The position numbers were made by a program, and so were the translations under genes. The notes under the pieces are model-generated. The model was not told the origin of the DNA. It was given only the letters and a program-made list of their open reading frames with translations, and ran no database searches. From positions 62,001-126,000 of the forward strand of contig NW_020844755.1 in NCBI RefSeq assembly GCF_003704095.1: a DNA stretch of 64,000 bases, in the 5' to 3' direction. Of this stretch, positions 23,185 to 35,928 are shown piece after piece (position 1 is the stretch's first letter; the number at the start of each line of letters is the position of its first letter). This DNA is from Pocillopora damicornis (taxonomy: Eukaryota).

Positions 23185-26100
23185 TCATGTTTGTCCGGCA
23201 TGGCAAAACTGTTGCATCATGACGGAACACAAGCTTAAAATTTGCAAATATTCATCAGCTCCATCACAAAGACATTTGTCGACGATCTAAAAAAAAAGTA
23301 AAGACTGTAACGTGTGTTGTTACAGGGAATATAAATATTACCGTAAAAACCTTTATCTATGAGGAATCGAAGGAGCCACGACGACGACGGCAAAGCGACT
23401 GTGATGTTTTTTGGAACTACACAAGAACCCAAAATTCACCTTCTCTCTAGCCTGCTAACAGGCATGAGCGCTGCAGGACGCGTGTTTTCCCCCACAGGGA
23501 AGATTGGAGACAAGTCGAGGAGAGGATTGCAAACCTCTCTCCCTCATGCGTTGCTCAAGGTCTAGGTGACTTTCCAGTTGGCAAAGAATTGCGAAAGTTA
23601 GTTACAGAGTTAAGCAAGTCTAAGTCATACAATAAATTTAGGCGATAACAAAATTTCAAGCATGGAACTGAAACTAGTCGAAGAATAATGAAGTTTTAAG
23701 AAAATCTTAAAGTACTTACAGCTATTTTTTCCATAATGGCAGATTTTTGATGGTCGTTTAAGTCAGCCATTTCAATAATTCTGTCATGAACCTGGTTGGT
23801 TGGAAACAAACCCTTCTGTTAATTCTTTTGACTTTGGAAGACATTTGCTAGGTACAAGAGGGTAATAAACCCTTTAACTCCCAAGATCTGATTGTTAATT
23901 CTCCCATTGAACTACTACACATTTCCTTGTAAATTAGTTACAAGAATTTGTTGTTAGATCAAGATAGCAACTTCTACCTTATAAGTTTGGGCATTTTCAT
24001 TACTTGTTTGCTGGATAATGTATGGATATTAGTGAGAGATGTTACATAATAATCATTCTGAGAGGTTAAGGGTCAAAAATCAAAGTAAAAGATTGATGTA
24101 AAAGGTGAGTGTTTAAAATAGAAAAAATAAAAAAACAAAAAAAAAACATATGGCTTAACCAGTTCACTCCTAAGAGTGAACTAATATTCAGTGTTCTCCT
24201 CTATTTTAAGCATGACAGGTAAAATAAATTTTCAAACCAATAAAGCAATCTTTTTACCTGTTGAATTTTCAAGAATTCCAACAATTTTAAACAGTAATAA
24301 GAGGTACTTAAGGCAGTAAATGTTACCGGTTACTGCCTGAAATGGAGAACACTGAATATTTCTTCCAACAGTGTCACCCCTGAATCAAACATAACAGTCA
24401 CAAGAATGAAGGAAATAATTGCAATCTCAAGCAGCTTTGGATCATCAGACAAATTATCCTTTAAAGAACCATAAGAAGCATATAGAGAACAGTATGGAGA
24501 ACTTGCATACTCGTTAAGGTACTTTTTAGATACTTCTTAGACTTTAAGATGTAAATTGTCAGTTTATATGGTCCAACTGATTTATATGTAGCAGCAGCCT
24601 TGAAACTGAATCTGGCTGGAATATGAATCCTCACAGGGGATGCAGATGTTAAAAAGTTGTTGCAGGAAACAACAGATTTATTATAGCTCATAGGGTCTCA
24701 TCATACCTGGTTGATGACCTGAGCAGCTGCATGACCCTCAGCTATTATTTCCTGGCAAGTGTTACATGTTGTTAAAAAAAAAAAAGTAGATTCATGTAAT
24801 GTCCTTATGTAACAACCACTATTACTTAACTGAGTAATTTTTGGTAAGTCATGGGCAAAAGATTAGGTTGATTGGTCAAAAAGCTGGAACCTCTGTCACT
24901 ACACAACTAAGATATTTTTTTCGGTTCACATTCAACCATGTCTATAATTACATGTACTGAAATTGAAAAGTATGTTCCACAACTCTTTCAAATTAATGAA
25001 ACAATGTGTTGCAACCTTTGCTGGATTTAGGGAATTGATAAAAAAACTTTGAAAGAACTCAGTTGGCACTTACACCCCGGTACACGCATTTACGGACTTT
25101 GTTTAATTTTCAATTTCATGTTTCATGTTCAAATTCAGGTGCATGCCCATTGTTTAATTCAAATCATTTAAATTTGATGATGTAATATGTTTTGTTGCAT
25201 GTGACAAAACATTGGATTTGGAATTTTTAAGTTGAACTTGACTTGTACCATTCCTTCAGCATTTGATTAAAGGGGTTTTCTAATCAATTTTATGGATTTT
25301 GAGGGCTGTTGTTAAAACAATGTGTTATCAAAGGTAATCCAATATTGTAACATTTGTGTGTCATAACATATCACAAACTTACAACAATGTAGCTAACAAG
25401 GGGAGGGTGGGTTACAGACCCCCATAGCTATGCCCTTGTTTGAGACTAGCATTGATCAACTGTGTTCTTTTCTTAATCAAAATAAAGCCTTGGCTCAATC
25501 AAGAGTCTTTAAATTAGGAGCACAGAAAAGTAACCAAGGATTAAGTCACCACATCTTTCAGAAATACAAAGATGATCAACAAAATTAGTCCCTTACCTGA
25601 ACTGTAGCGTCAAGTTTTTCAAATGAGTCTGATCCACAAGCCTCAAAAAGTTTGTCTGCCATTTTACTTGGAACAACCTGAAGGAAAGTCACCAAATGGT
25701 ACGTGTTGATTATTTTCTTGATACCAATAAGTCACTGTATATTTTTTTTGTTTCATGTTACATTAAAAACATGTAACTTTGCAAGCCCTTTGATTTCATA
25801 AATGTAATACTGTAGTTGCAGTTGGGAAATGATGGATCTCACCCCAGCTATTTCACTGATATCATCAGCTTCTACCACGTCTTCACCCTTCAGTCTTTGA
25901 GCACTTTGTAGGTATGTTATAGCCTTAAAAACAAGTCAAGCAATAAATGTTATAAAAAAGGGTTTGTTTCATCAATGCAAGGGTGGGCGCAAGTGGATAG
26001 AAGGATTGATATGGAGCATAAGCAATCAGAGCTGAAATGTGGAGATAAAATAATCTGATGGCCACATTTTTTCTCTATCCATTCAAGGCACCTGCAGTGA

Positions 26101-29100
26101 CCTATGTCAAAATCTCCACCTAAAGAAAACATGTGGTAATTGAATGAACGTGGCAGAAATGGTGGACAGAGAAAATCTGATTACTAAAATATGACTCTCA
26201 GTTTGTTTATAATGCCCTGTTATACAATTCCATAAGTCCCTAACACATCTTAAAAACAGTTATTTGTTTGCTAATTCCTGTTAAGTAAATAAAAATACTA
26301 CATGGAATGCTTTAACAGTCCATCAAAAGGCATACTGTTTTCTTTACAGATCATTTAACACTTCCTTTCTCACCTTCCTCATGTCACCTTCTGATATCTT
26401 TATCAATTCTTGTATCGCCTGTTGAGACAAAAAGTTTATAACTGCAGTGGTACCTTCATACAGGGAATACCCTCAAAGCTAAGAAAACTTTAACCCTTTC
26501 ACTCCCAAGATCTGATTAGTAATTCTCCTTACTGTCTGCCATCCAATTCTTATATTAGTTTGGAGAATTTGGTACTGTATCAACTAATAATCCCCTAAAT
26601 GATATCTTTCTTTATTCTTATCACTTGTCTACTTGATATTGCATTACAACTGTAAAGAGAAATTTTCTCTTTGTAAGTCATGGAAGTTAAAGGATTAAAT
26701 TAGAATCTCCACTAAAGAAGAAGTGCTTCCAGTAAAGGTAACATATGCAAATTGTTGGTCATTCAGGACCACCATTTATGTGTCCATTGGATGGAAGTCT
26801 TTGAGAAAAGAGGCTAAAATCACAATTTGTTGGGTAAACATTCCCCTAATTGGAAATATTCCATTCTTTAAAGCAAGCAAATATAAAATTTTACCATTAA
26901 TTGTTAGAATAATAAACTTGATGACCTGCAGAGGAATAAAGGGGGTAAATTTCTAAAGAAACTGTGATGCTGTGTCAGTGGGAAAGTATAACAGGTAATT
27001 TAGTGTTGACAACTGAGTTGAAACATTAACTGGCCACCTTAAAGAATAAAAAAGCTGAAGAAGGGCTAATGCTTGAAACATCAGCTTTTTTACTCTTTAC
27101 GGTGGCCAATTTACATTTCAACTCAGTTGTTAACACTAAATTACCTGCAGAGGAATAGTTTGGAAGAGCAGTCTGTCAAAGTACCGCACAATCATAAGTT
27201 TAAATACTTCTTCTAAAAGATCTTGAAGTTGAGGTCATTCAAAATTCACTCACTAGTTTTACCTTTTTATCACATTTCACATTTTCCTTTTCACAAATCA
27301 TGTTGAGTCTCTTCTCTAAAGTATCTGTAGATAATGGCTTAAAACGAAATTTGGAACAACGGGAAGTCAGGGGCTCAATAATTCTGCAAGATAAAATGTA
27401 AATCATAAAATGAATTTCTTTTTTGTGGCTGTCTTACTATACACTTAAAATGCAAGCTTGAATAGGATGTGTTTCATTCTGATACACACAGTTCATGTCA
27501 CAATAACTTCAAATTCATTAAAATAGAGCTTGCCAAAAGGTGTTTCTTTTTTTCAACATAACAGAAACAAAAGCATAGAAAATACAACCCATAATAAAAA
27601 CACAAACGACAGGGGATTAGTGGCCAAAGTCACAGGTCCAGTTTTCTGAGGGGTTCAAATAAGAGGCCATAGTGAGAACCAGCCTAGGCAGGATCTGTCA
27701 GTGTAAGCATTTTCACAAGAAAGGTTTCACATAAGGTCATTTTCATTAAACTTTAAAAAACAATAACTCAGTTATTACATGATTGTTAGTTACAGTTCTT
27801 TTCAATGTCATTACCTGCTCACATAGTTACAAATAAGACAAAATCTTGTGGTTTTTGTCTCCTTCTCCATGGTTCTTCTCAAGGCTGCCTGTTTATTTAA
27901 AAAAAAAAATAAAAAATACCGTTTTCAAAGTGTGCAGTTTCACAGCCAGTTGATGCTAACATATAAGGAAGAGTAAAGAAGTTCAAACCTGAGCACTTGG
28001 TGTCATGGAATCTGCTTCATCCAAAATAACCAGCTTGAAGGGTGGGCATGGGGTACCACTGTAAGAAAAATTTATGACTGGTGATATGATATGCATATGC
28101 CATGAAATAAAAATAGTGCAAAATTTTTTCTCTCAAAGACAAGTTATAAACTGAGACATTTTTCTGTCGCCATTGGCATTGACTAATGTTGTCTCTAGGC
28201 TAAACATTCCTTTGCATTCTGGAGATATGATTGAGGCAAAAAGGGCAGTTATGCATTGAAAAACAAAGAATCAAAATTATGTTATTTTAGAATAAGGTAT
28301 AGGATCTATCTATGAATAGCATGGATGGACTGTAGACAAAAGACTTACTCAGTTCGAATACCAGAGGCTGCCAGTTGAGCAAACTTCTTAACTTTATCTC
28401 TCACTACCTGCAAATAAAACATTATATGAAAACTTTGCAACATTGCAGCCACACTTTCTTAAAAAAAAGGTTTTAAAATTTATCATTCTAAGAATTCACA
28501 TTTAAGACTAATTTTAACAACTCCCTTTTTTCTTGTTATTGTTCAGGCATGTCATCAAGCTGTTTCATTGGATAGCTTGTACAACAAACTAGAAACATTA
28601 AGCATGCTAAGGCATCTCTTCAGACTAGCTACCAATGTGAGCAAGCTTGAAACTGTGAACAGCTTTGTTCCAAAAAAAAACCTCAAAATTTTTGTGCCTT
28701 TTCTTTGCCTACACTTCCTGTATTATTGTTTGGTCAAGATGGCTGGGCCAATTGCCTTGGTCAAATAATGGGAAAAAAAAAACTTGGCCCCAGCAATTTT
28801 GTCCTTACATTTGATCAATAACACACATTTATACACCTGATAGAGACTAACAGAAACTCTACAGAAGAACACTGAAGTTTAACAGACCTGTATTCCACGT
28901 TCATCTGATGCATTTAATTCAAGCACCCGTGATCTCATAAGCTCAGGTCTAAAATTGCAATGAAATAATGGTCAATAATTGTTTTGACCATACTGGCCCC
29001 TTAATCACCATAGCTTACACCTGTTTGAATAACATGAACGAAGTAGAAGTGTAACTGTTCCTTCTCTTCCTAGGTGGTGTGTTAGTCCATTAAAAAATAC

Positions 29101-30711
29101 TCTCACTCCCTCCTAGCAGTTTGCTGAGTTTTCCTAATAGTTTCCAGGTACCCATTTATACCCCTGGTCCTGGTTGTTTGAAGGGTGGATGATGCTATCC
29201 ACTGGATGAATCTCCATGCAGTACCTAGCGCAGTACCTTTATCCTCTCAATAGCAATTTTTGCATTGAATAGCATTGTCTACCCTCAGAACAACTGGGTC
29301 CTGGTCAAGAGGGGTACTCTAAGAGTCAAGTGTAATGCCCAAGGTTAATGGTTGGACCTTATCCCTGTTTCTGTAGCATAAAGCTACTAAAAGTATTGCT
29401 ACTCCCCTCCAGATGGAAAGCTTGTCTATTGCAGGTTGCCCCCCGGCATTTCATCCGCTTTCCCAGACAGTTTGCTTGAACCTATCTATACTCTGTGATG
29501 AGAGTAACATGCTTTGCCCAAGAATGCAACACAATGAACCGCAAAAAAAAGTTAATGCCTGACAAATGACCAGCCTAAGTCATTTGTCAGGCAATCACTA
29601 GCCTAGGATCTTTTGGGGAAAACAATGAAAAATATGTTAAAAGAAGAAAAAATAGATCAGCCCATAGTTAAGTCTTACTGGCACAATTGAACTGATTAAG
29701 ACTTGACTAGAATATGGGCATTAAAAATTCCTGCAAAGACCTTTAAAATGACCTTATTTCTGAGGATAAACCTACCCAAACAGCTGTCTTGCAATAGCAA
29801 GTATTGTGGATGTTTTTCCTGTGCCAGGAGGGCCATAAAACAACAAGTTTGGGAGATCAGCTCCTTCTAGAGATTTTTTCAACACTGACACAACTTCATC
29901 TTGATAAGCAACTTCATCCACAGATCTTGGGCGACTAACAACAAGAGAATCACAAGACATGAACAGTTTTTCATAATTTTTTACCATCTATGTAGAAAAA
30001 CAACAAAAAATATAAATCAAGTAATCAGATTGATTAGGAACAGAAGAAAAAAGGTATAACAGATGCCCTTTTGGGGGTTATGCCACAAGAAAAGAGCATG
30101 GTATATGAAATTCCAGCGTTGACTCGAAGTACTGATATAAATGATATCCTTCCTGTCTAGACTAATTAATTACAAAGTTATACTTTGGTAGAGAAGAGAT
30201 TTTTGAACCATTAATTGATCCAGTTACCGGCTGAGAAAATTTAAAATGAACGTATGATAATAATTAAGTAATTAACACTGAGTAGAGCTACTGAAGAAAA
30301 AAGACGACATTAGTTTGATAGATGAACCTTCAGTGACGATAAATGTTTAGATCAGACAGCCTATTCTCCTTTCTGTGCCATAATCTCCTTGGGGTTAGCA
30401 ATGAGAATCTCTTGTCTCATCAACGCAACATCAAGACGATACGCTGACATTTATTTAACCAAAATTTCCCTCTCTGTTCAGACACTCTCAGGAATTTTTC
30501 ATCACAAAAAATAAAATAAAATTAAAGTTTTCGAAGTCTGAAAGAAATTGAAATGAAGAAGGACGACAAAGGAAAGCGAAGGCACTCACTATTTTTCAAC
30601 CCAAGGAACAACAACCCTTTTGTTTGAAGATCCTGCTGTTTCTTCGCCTGTTTGTTGCTTAAGCTTCGAAGAACTAGCAGTAGAACTCTGTCCTCGTAAG
30701 AAAGCATCCAT
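23185..30711 (-). CDS. RFC4: Replication factor C subunit 4, 13 coding exons
   Basis: Exon 1 30711-30590 MDAFL...PWVEKY; then RPRSVDEV...[13 protein letters not shown] (Walker A), [26 protein letters not shown] (Walker B), [31 protein letters not shown]; last exon [15 protein letters not shown]...GQT* ending 23185. Confidence 0.97.
29020..29530 (-). mobile_element. Two decayed SINE bodies, the first interrupted by a CWG-flanked MITE (~29167-29300)
   Basis: ggtacccatttatac and tttgcccaagaatgcaacacaatga are the reverse complement of the 47583 SINE core. The insert ggttgtttgaagggtggat...gaacaactggg resembles elements at ~40536-40697 and ~49857-50105. Confidence 0.65.
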
Positions 30712-30803
30712 CTCTACTGATGATGCTCTTCTTGTATGAAAACAAACGCAGAAACAAATCGAGTTTCTTAGTCACTTGTTGCTCTATTCAACATGGCGAG
30801 ATA

Positions 30804-30822
30804 TTTCCCGCCAATTTCGCGG
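30804..30822. promoter_or_regulatory. Tandem E2F-type sites upstream of RFC4
   Basis: TTTCCCGCCA (30804-30813) and TTTCGCGG (30815-30822), ~100 bp from the RFC4 ATG. Confidence 0.65.
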
Positions 30823-31015
30823 CAATAGACTGGGCACAGCTAATACCCAGTTTCCTTCTAAAATGTTAGTTACTTTGGTCACGCAATCGCGCTATTTTGC
30901 GTGACGGTGACGCGTAAAAATTGAAGGCCGTAAGCCTAAATTTGCATATGACCAGAATACCATTTGATGAATACTAAAACGACAAAGAAGTTTGTACAAC
31001 TACAACTCTGATCGA

Positions 31016-32357
31016 ATGAGCTGGCAAAATTTCGTCGATGAAAGTCTGTTAGGTACGAGCCAGGTAGCCAGAGCAGCTATACATGGTTTGGATGGGAAAC
31101 GCTACGCTTCGAGCGCTGGATTTGTGGTCAGTGTTTGTTGAATTGTTTTTTATAAATTTGCTTCGTGGCTTTGTTTCTCAGGTAAACAATCGTATGCGCC
31201 TTAGTTTCACATGAAGCGTGACTTTAATGTTTGGTTTTTGATCTCTAGTCGTGAGCACGTTGGAAATGTTTTTTACTTATCGTGTACAAACTCTTGAATC
31301 ACTTAAGTTGCATACCACCTGGCTTTCGCATCTCATCCGTCAGTTGATAATTGAATAGACTTAAAGCCTTTTAATTAATCTGTTTACGAGCAATGTTTTG
31401 GGCAAAGACGTTTTAAAAATTCCAGAGTAGTCTAACATTTGTGCTTCATAAGCTGTATATATCAGTCACAGGATGTTTTCATTTTGAACGTTTTTTGCTC
31501 TAAGGCGTTTGCATGTTCGAGACTTACTGTCTATATGAACTGACAAACAGAAGTTTTGTCCAATACACCTGGCGCAGAACTTCAATAAACCACCAGGGAA
31601 TTAGTAGAGAGATGAGTGTGTGCGATAATTTTAATAATCGTTCCGTCTTCCTTTTTTTTTTTTTTTTTTTACAAGATAACAGTCACTTTACAGGATAGAT
31701 CAAACGTCTCTGTTGTGATCATGATAGAAAATGGAAATCCAAGAGTGCAAATGGATTCTACTTATTGCTTAACCCTTTCAGTCCCAGTAAAATTATTGTG
31801 ATTTTAGTTCAGAGAATTTGTTATCTGATCAATCATCCCCTACTTGATTTTTTTCTTTTCATTCTCACAACTTTTCTGCTTGATATTGTACCTATATTGT
31901 GAGGAGAAATTTAGTCTTGGTCAGTCATGGGAATTAAAAAGTTTTAAGGGGTTAAGCATTTTATAAGTTATGACTTTCCGATGAAACTAGTTAGAAGTAC
32001 AACTAAATTTAGTATTGAACCACATGCTCTGGTCTACAGATGATTAAAAAATTTTCTGGCTGTTTCTATTTTGTTACACAGGTTTTACCAAGTGAGGCTC
32101 AAGCATTGATCTGTGGAATTACCAAAGATCCGTCTCCTTTCTTTTCCAAAGGAATCGCAGTGAATAGAACAAGGTATATTTTTGTGAGATCAGATCCTGG
32201 ACATGCAATTTATTGTCGTAAAGGCAATGAGGGAGTTGTTGCAGTAAAGACTAACAAGTGCCTGTTGATTGGTGGATACACAGATGGAATGCAAGCAGGG
32301 TGTTGCAGTGCTGTGATGGAGAAACTAGCAAATTACTTCATTGCTATTGGATACTAA
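31016..32357 (+). CDS. Divergent profilin (profilin-4-like), 2 exons, 128 aa
   Basis: 31016-31126 MSWQNFVDESLLGTSQVARAAIHGLDGKRYASSAGFV joined to 32082-32357 VLPSEAQ...GVVAVKTNKCLLIGGYTDGM...EKLANYFIAIGY*. Confidence 0.92.
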
Positions 32358-34199
32358 GATGTTAACCCTTAAACTCCCACGAGTGACCAAATTTCTCCTT
32401 ACAATTATATCAATAAAACATCAGAGATAAATGATGAGAGTAGAGAAAATTGACAATGAGGGGTTGCTAGTTGATCTAATACAATATTCTGTGAACTACC
32501 ATCATAAGAACTGTAAGGCATTCACTAAGGAGAATTACTGATAATACGTAGAGAGCGAAAGGGTAAAATCCATCATTGAGGTGATAACAAATATTGGCAT
32601 TATGAAAAACAGAGAGCTTTAGCAAGTAATTCATATAAAGGTGTGCATGGAGCTGAAATACAAGCTTGTGCTGGAGATATGATCAAACTATTTTCAGGAT
32701 TGAATAAAATAATCATATAAGAAAGTTAGGTAAATAATTGAAAAATAGTCTTCTACTGTAATTCAATTAAAGCAAAACAAACTTGCAGACATTCAGGGCT
32801 ATAACAAGACTCCAAAGCTAATGGAGAAGTTGAGGAATAGGGAGGGAAAAAAACAACTTCCTCTTTTTGAAATGGGTCATCTTCAGTGGGTTACACACTC
32901 AGGTAGAAAGGACGTGCTAAATAAAAAAAGTTATTTTACAGGAATACTCAAAACTTGCTTTTCTGAGAAGGGATTGGTCTTTGAGCTACAAACAGACAAA
33001 ATATTTTGGAATTGTAGCAATGAAGTGTGTGCTAAAAGATACATGTTTTGGATTTGATTTTTTTTTTAACCCTTTAAAATACAAGGAAAACAGCCTATTT
33101 GTTATAGGAGACAAGAAATTCTCTGTATTTCAGTGATGAGATGCTCAAATTAAATAGTGTATGGGTGCATTTAGGTATCCTTAAAAAGTTAAATTTTTAT
33201 ACCTAAGATGCAAGACGCAACTCCTTACACATAAATTCACATGAATCAAAAATGTTCAATAAAGGAAATAAATATATATTTTTTTTCTTAATGATCTTAG
33301 TGTTTTAGAATAAACAGAGGTTGAAATTGCCCTAGATCTATTGATACAAACCCAAGGAGTGATTTAACTACCACTGCACATCAGGTTAAATGTTCATGAG
33401 TGTTCTTCATGAGAGATCACTTTGTGCCCCCCAATTTTCTGCTCTTTAAAGAATCCATTTTAGTCTCTACTGAGACAAAGCTAAATATTTTTTCCCTACA
33501 AGCACTTTTTTTGTTTGCTATCACATGTCCTCACTCTTGCTTATTCATTTGGGAACAATTAGCTTTGATGTGCTGTTACCTATCATCAACACTTCAACAC
33601 CCAAAAAAGCTAATTGAAACAACATTGTGACACATCTTTTGTCACTGTTTTCAAAATCCCTCATGTTCACTATTTCACAGAAGAGAGAGAGGGATGCATT
33701 TCAATACAATCAAATGCTTGAAACTGTTTAGAAAGGGTCTATTTTCACCAGTGTTTTGGGCATCTTAGTGTGGATGATAGGCCAATAACAGCAAAAAGTA
33801 TTTGCTTTTGAACAAAAATGCGTTCACGTGGATTAAAACTTAACTGTAAACATTCTACTCAAGTCACTGTAAAGAGTTACAAAGCTGAAGGTTTCAAGCA
33901 TTGTTTGAGAGAAGGGCTAATGGTCGACATGTCAGCTTTGTAACTCTTTACAGTGGCTAATTTACATTGTCAACTCAGTTGATAATACTAAATTACCCTG
34001 TTAAACTCTCCCACTGACACAGCACCACGGTTTTTTGAGAAACCTACCCCCTTTATTCTACTTTAAAGTGTCTAACTTTCTCGATCTTAAGACATGTATT
34101 TAACAGGTTTAATGACTGGGTCAATACTTATACTACTTGTAAAGTAGGAAAAAGAGAACTCCCTCCATAGTTAAGAGAAAACTTTTCCAAATGTTAGAC

Positions 34200-35549
34200 T
34201 CATGAGTTGCCAAGCACTCTAAGGATTGCCTCCCTTTCTCTTAGGGCCTTCCATGCTGCCTCCTTCTCCTTTTTGGTTGGTGACTTTCTTTTCTGTTTAT
34301 ATGCCATCATTTTTCTGAACCATTCCATTACTTCAGCATCTGCAACCTGTGCTCTGTGCTTAAGCTCCTGTCTTCTCATTTCCTCTTGTGTTAATTTTGA
34401 AAGCTCTGATTTCTGTTGTCTGTTCTTTGCAATCAAGACACGCAGTTCATTCTGATGGCGTTTAAGCTCAGCCAAGACCTCATCATCCACCTCTTCATCT
34501 GCCTGATCTTCTGCATCTAGCAACCCTTGAAAAACTAGCTCTTCTCTAACGCGTGCCTCTAAAGTTCGGGTATGAGGTACATGGGGTGCCTTACTAGGCG
34601 TGCGAGGGGGGTTGTTACCACTTCTTGTCATTGCACTATCAGAACTTCCAGATCCTGAGTTTTGCTCAGGAATTGGTGCTATAATGTTTTCTTCAATCAA
34701 AGCTGATACTAATCTTTGTGTCAGAGAGCCAAATGGACACAAATCTTCCTCATGAAGTCCAGTGGTGTCTGCCTTTTTCAACAAAGATTTTTCACCAATT
34801 ACTTTATTTGTGTTTTCACTGGTAGCGTTTGTTAAAGTACCACGCAATTTTTTATCATGTATCCTTGAACCTTCTTCTTGCTCTTCAAGCAGGTCCTCTT
34901 GAGCCCATTTCTCTCCATAGTGTCTTCCTAGGGGTGGGACTTTATAATATTCTTGTTCATCATCTGGAATTTTCAAGGATTCTTCAAGAAATTTCTGATC
35001 TTCAACTGTGATATCAGCACAATACGGTTCAACAGCAGCCCAGAAGCGGTTGGGAGTATCTGTCTTTGTTTTCACACTTGGGGGAAATGTTTCATCTTCC
35101 TGACTACCTTCAGAAGAAGCCGAATGTTTACTTTTTGGTCTCCCCACCAACTGGGCTCCTGGACTGGTACTTCTTGACTCTTCCAATTTCTGTTTCTTTG
35201 CTCCTTTTTCCTCTGTTGCGGGTCGACTTCTTTTCAAAGAGCCTAAGGAATTAAGAATCTCCAACTCGCGTTGTCGCACACTCTTTTTATCTTTTTTCTC
35301 AGCCCAATCAATCAATAATTTAGTTTCGGAGTCTATCTGCCTAATTCGCCGATTGGCACCGGCTAGAAGTGTTTCTAGGTCACTTTGAAGCAAGTGAAGG
35401 TCTTCCGGGTTTAATCCTTGATCCGACGAGCGTGTCAACAAAGACGTATAGAATGGGCACATGCTTTTGTGGTCGACCATTTTAAAATCACAGTACTGAA
35501 GAGGGCAGGGATCTGTGTCACCTTTCCCATCATCTAAAACGTTAGACAT
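34200..35549 (-). CDS. TADA3: Transcriptional adapter 3 (SAGA/ATAC HAT module), intronless CDS
   Basis: 449 aa with CPLQY-DFK-VDH, PNRFWAAVEPYCADIT, YYKVPPLGRHY..WAQEDLLEEQ, CPFGSLTQRLVSALIEEN and DEVLAELKR.Q.EL. Confidence 0.96.
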   Translation of the reverse strand: MSNVLDDGKGDTDPCPLQYCDFKMVDHKSMCPFYTSLLTRSSDQGLNPEDLHLLQSDLETLLAGANRRIRQIDSETKLLIDWAEKKDKKSVRQRELEILNSLGSLKRSRPATEEKGAKKQKLEESRSTSPGAQLVGRPKSKHSASSEGSQEDETFPPSVKTKTDTPNRFWAAVEPYCADITVEDQKFLEESLKIPDDEQEYYKVPPLGRHYGEKWAQEDLLEEQEEGSRIHDKKLRGTLTNATSENTNKVIGEKSLLKKADTTGLHEEDLCPFGSLTQRLVSALIEENIIAPIPEQNSGSGSSDSAMTRSGNNPPRTPSKAPHVPHTRTLEARVREELVFQGLLDAEDQADEEVDDEVLAELKRHQNELRVLIAKNRQQKSELSKLTQEEMRRQELKHRAQVADAEVMEWFRKMMAYKQKRKSPTKKEKEAAWKALREREAILRVLGNS

Positions 35550-35928
35550 GGCTATATCTTACGGAAAACCATCAACAATTGTTGGAAACTTGCCTCAAGC
35601 AATAATAAATACAATGAAGCTATGCTTAGTAACCGCTCTATCGCTTCGTGCATTTAGATCGATGTATTCCTGGGAACCAATTTTTCCGTGTTGAACGCTT
35701 TTGGACACGTGAGAATCGGTTTCAAACCAAATGGACAAAACTTATTCTGGACTGAAGCCATTTTCTACATTTTTCGACTATCTCTTGAGCTAAATAAGCG
35801 CCTGGTATGCAGCTCTGATATTACCGATAAAAAAAAAACTTCTGAATCAAATTCTCCCCACTGCCACCCCCAGGGGATGAAGTCAATCGGTTAACCACCA
35901 TCTCTCTTGTTGATGAAGCGGGGACGCC

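Noticed and set aside
30522-30707. ORF-track 61 aa ORF as RFC4 exon 1
   Set aside because: Wrong frame; the true start is 30711 (MDAFL...PWVEK).
34207-35254. Plus-strand ORFs overlapping TADA3
   Set aside because: Antisense shadows of a real CDS.
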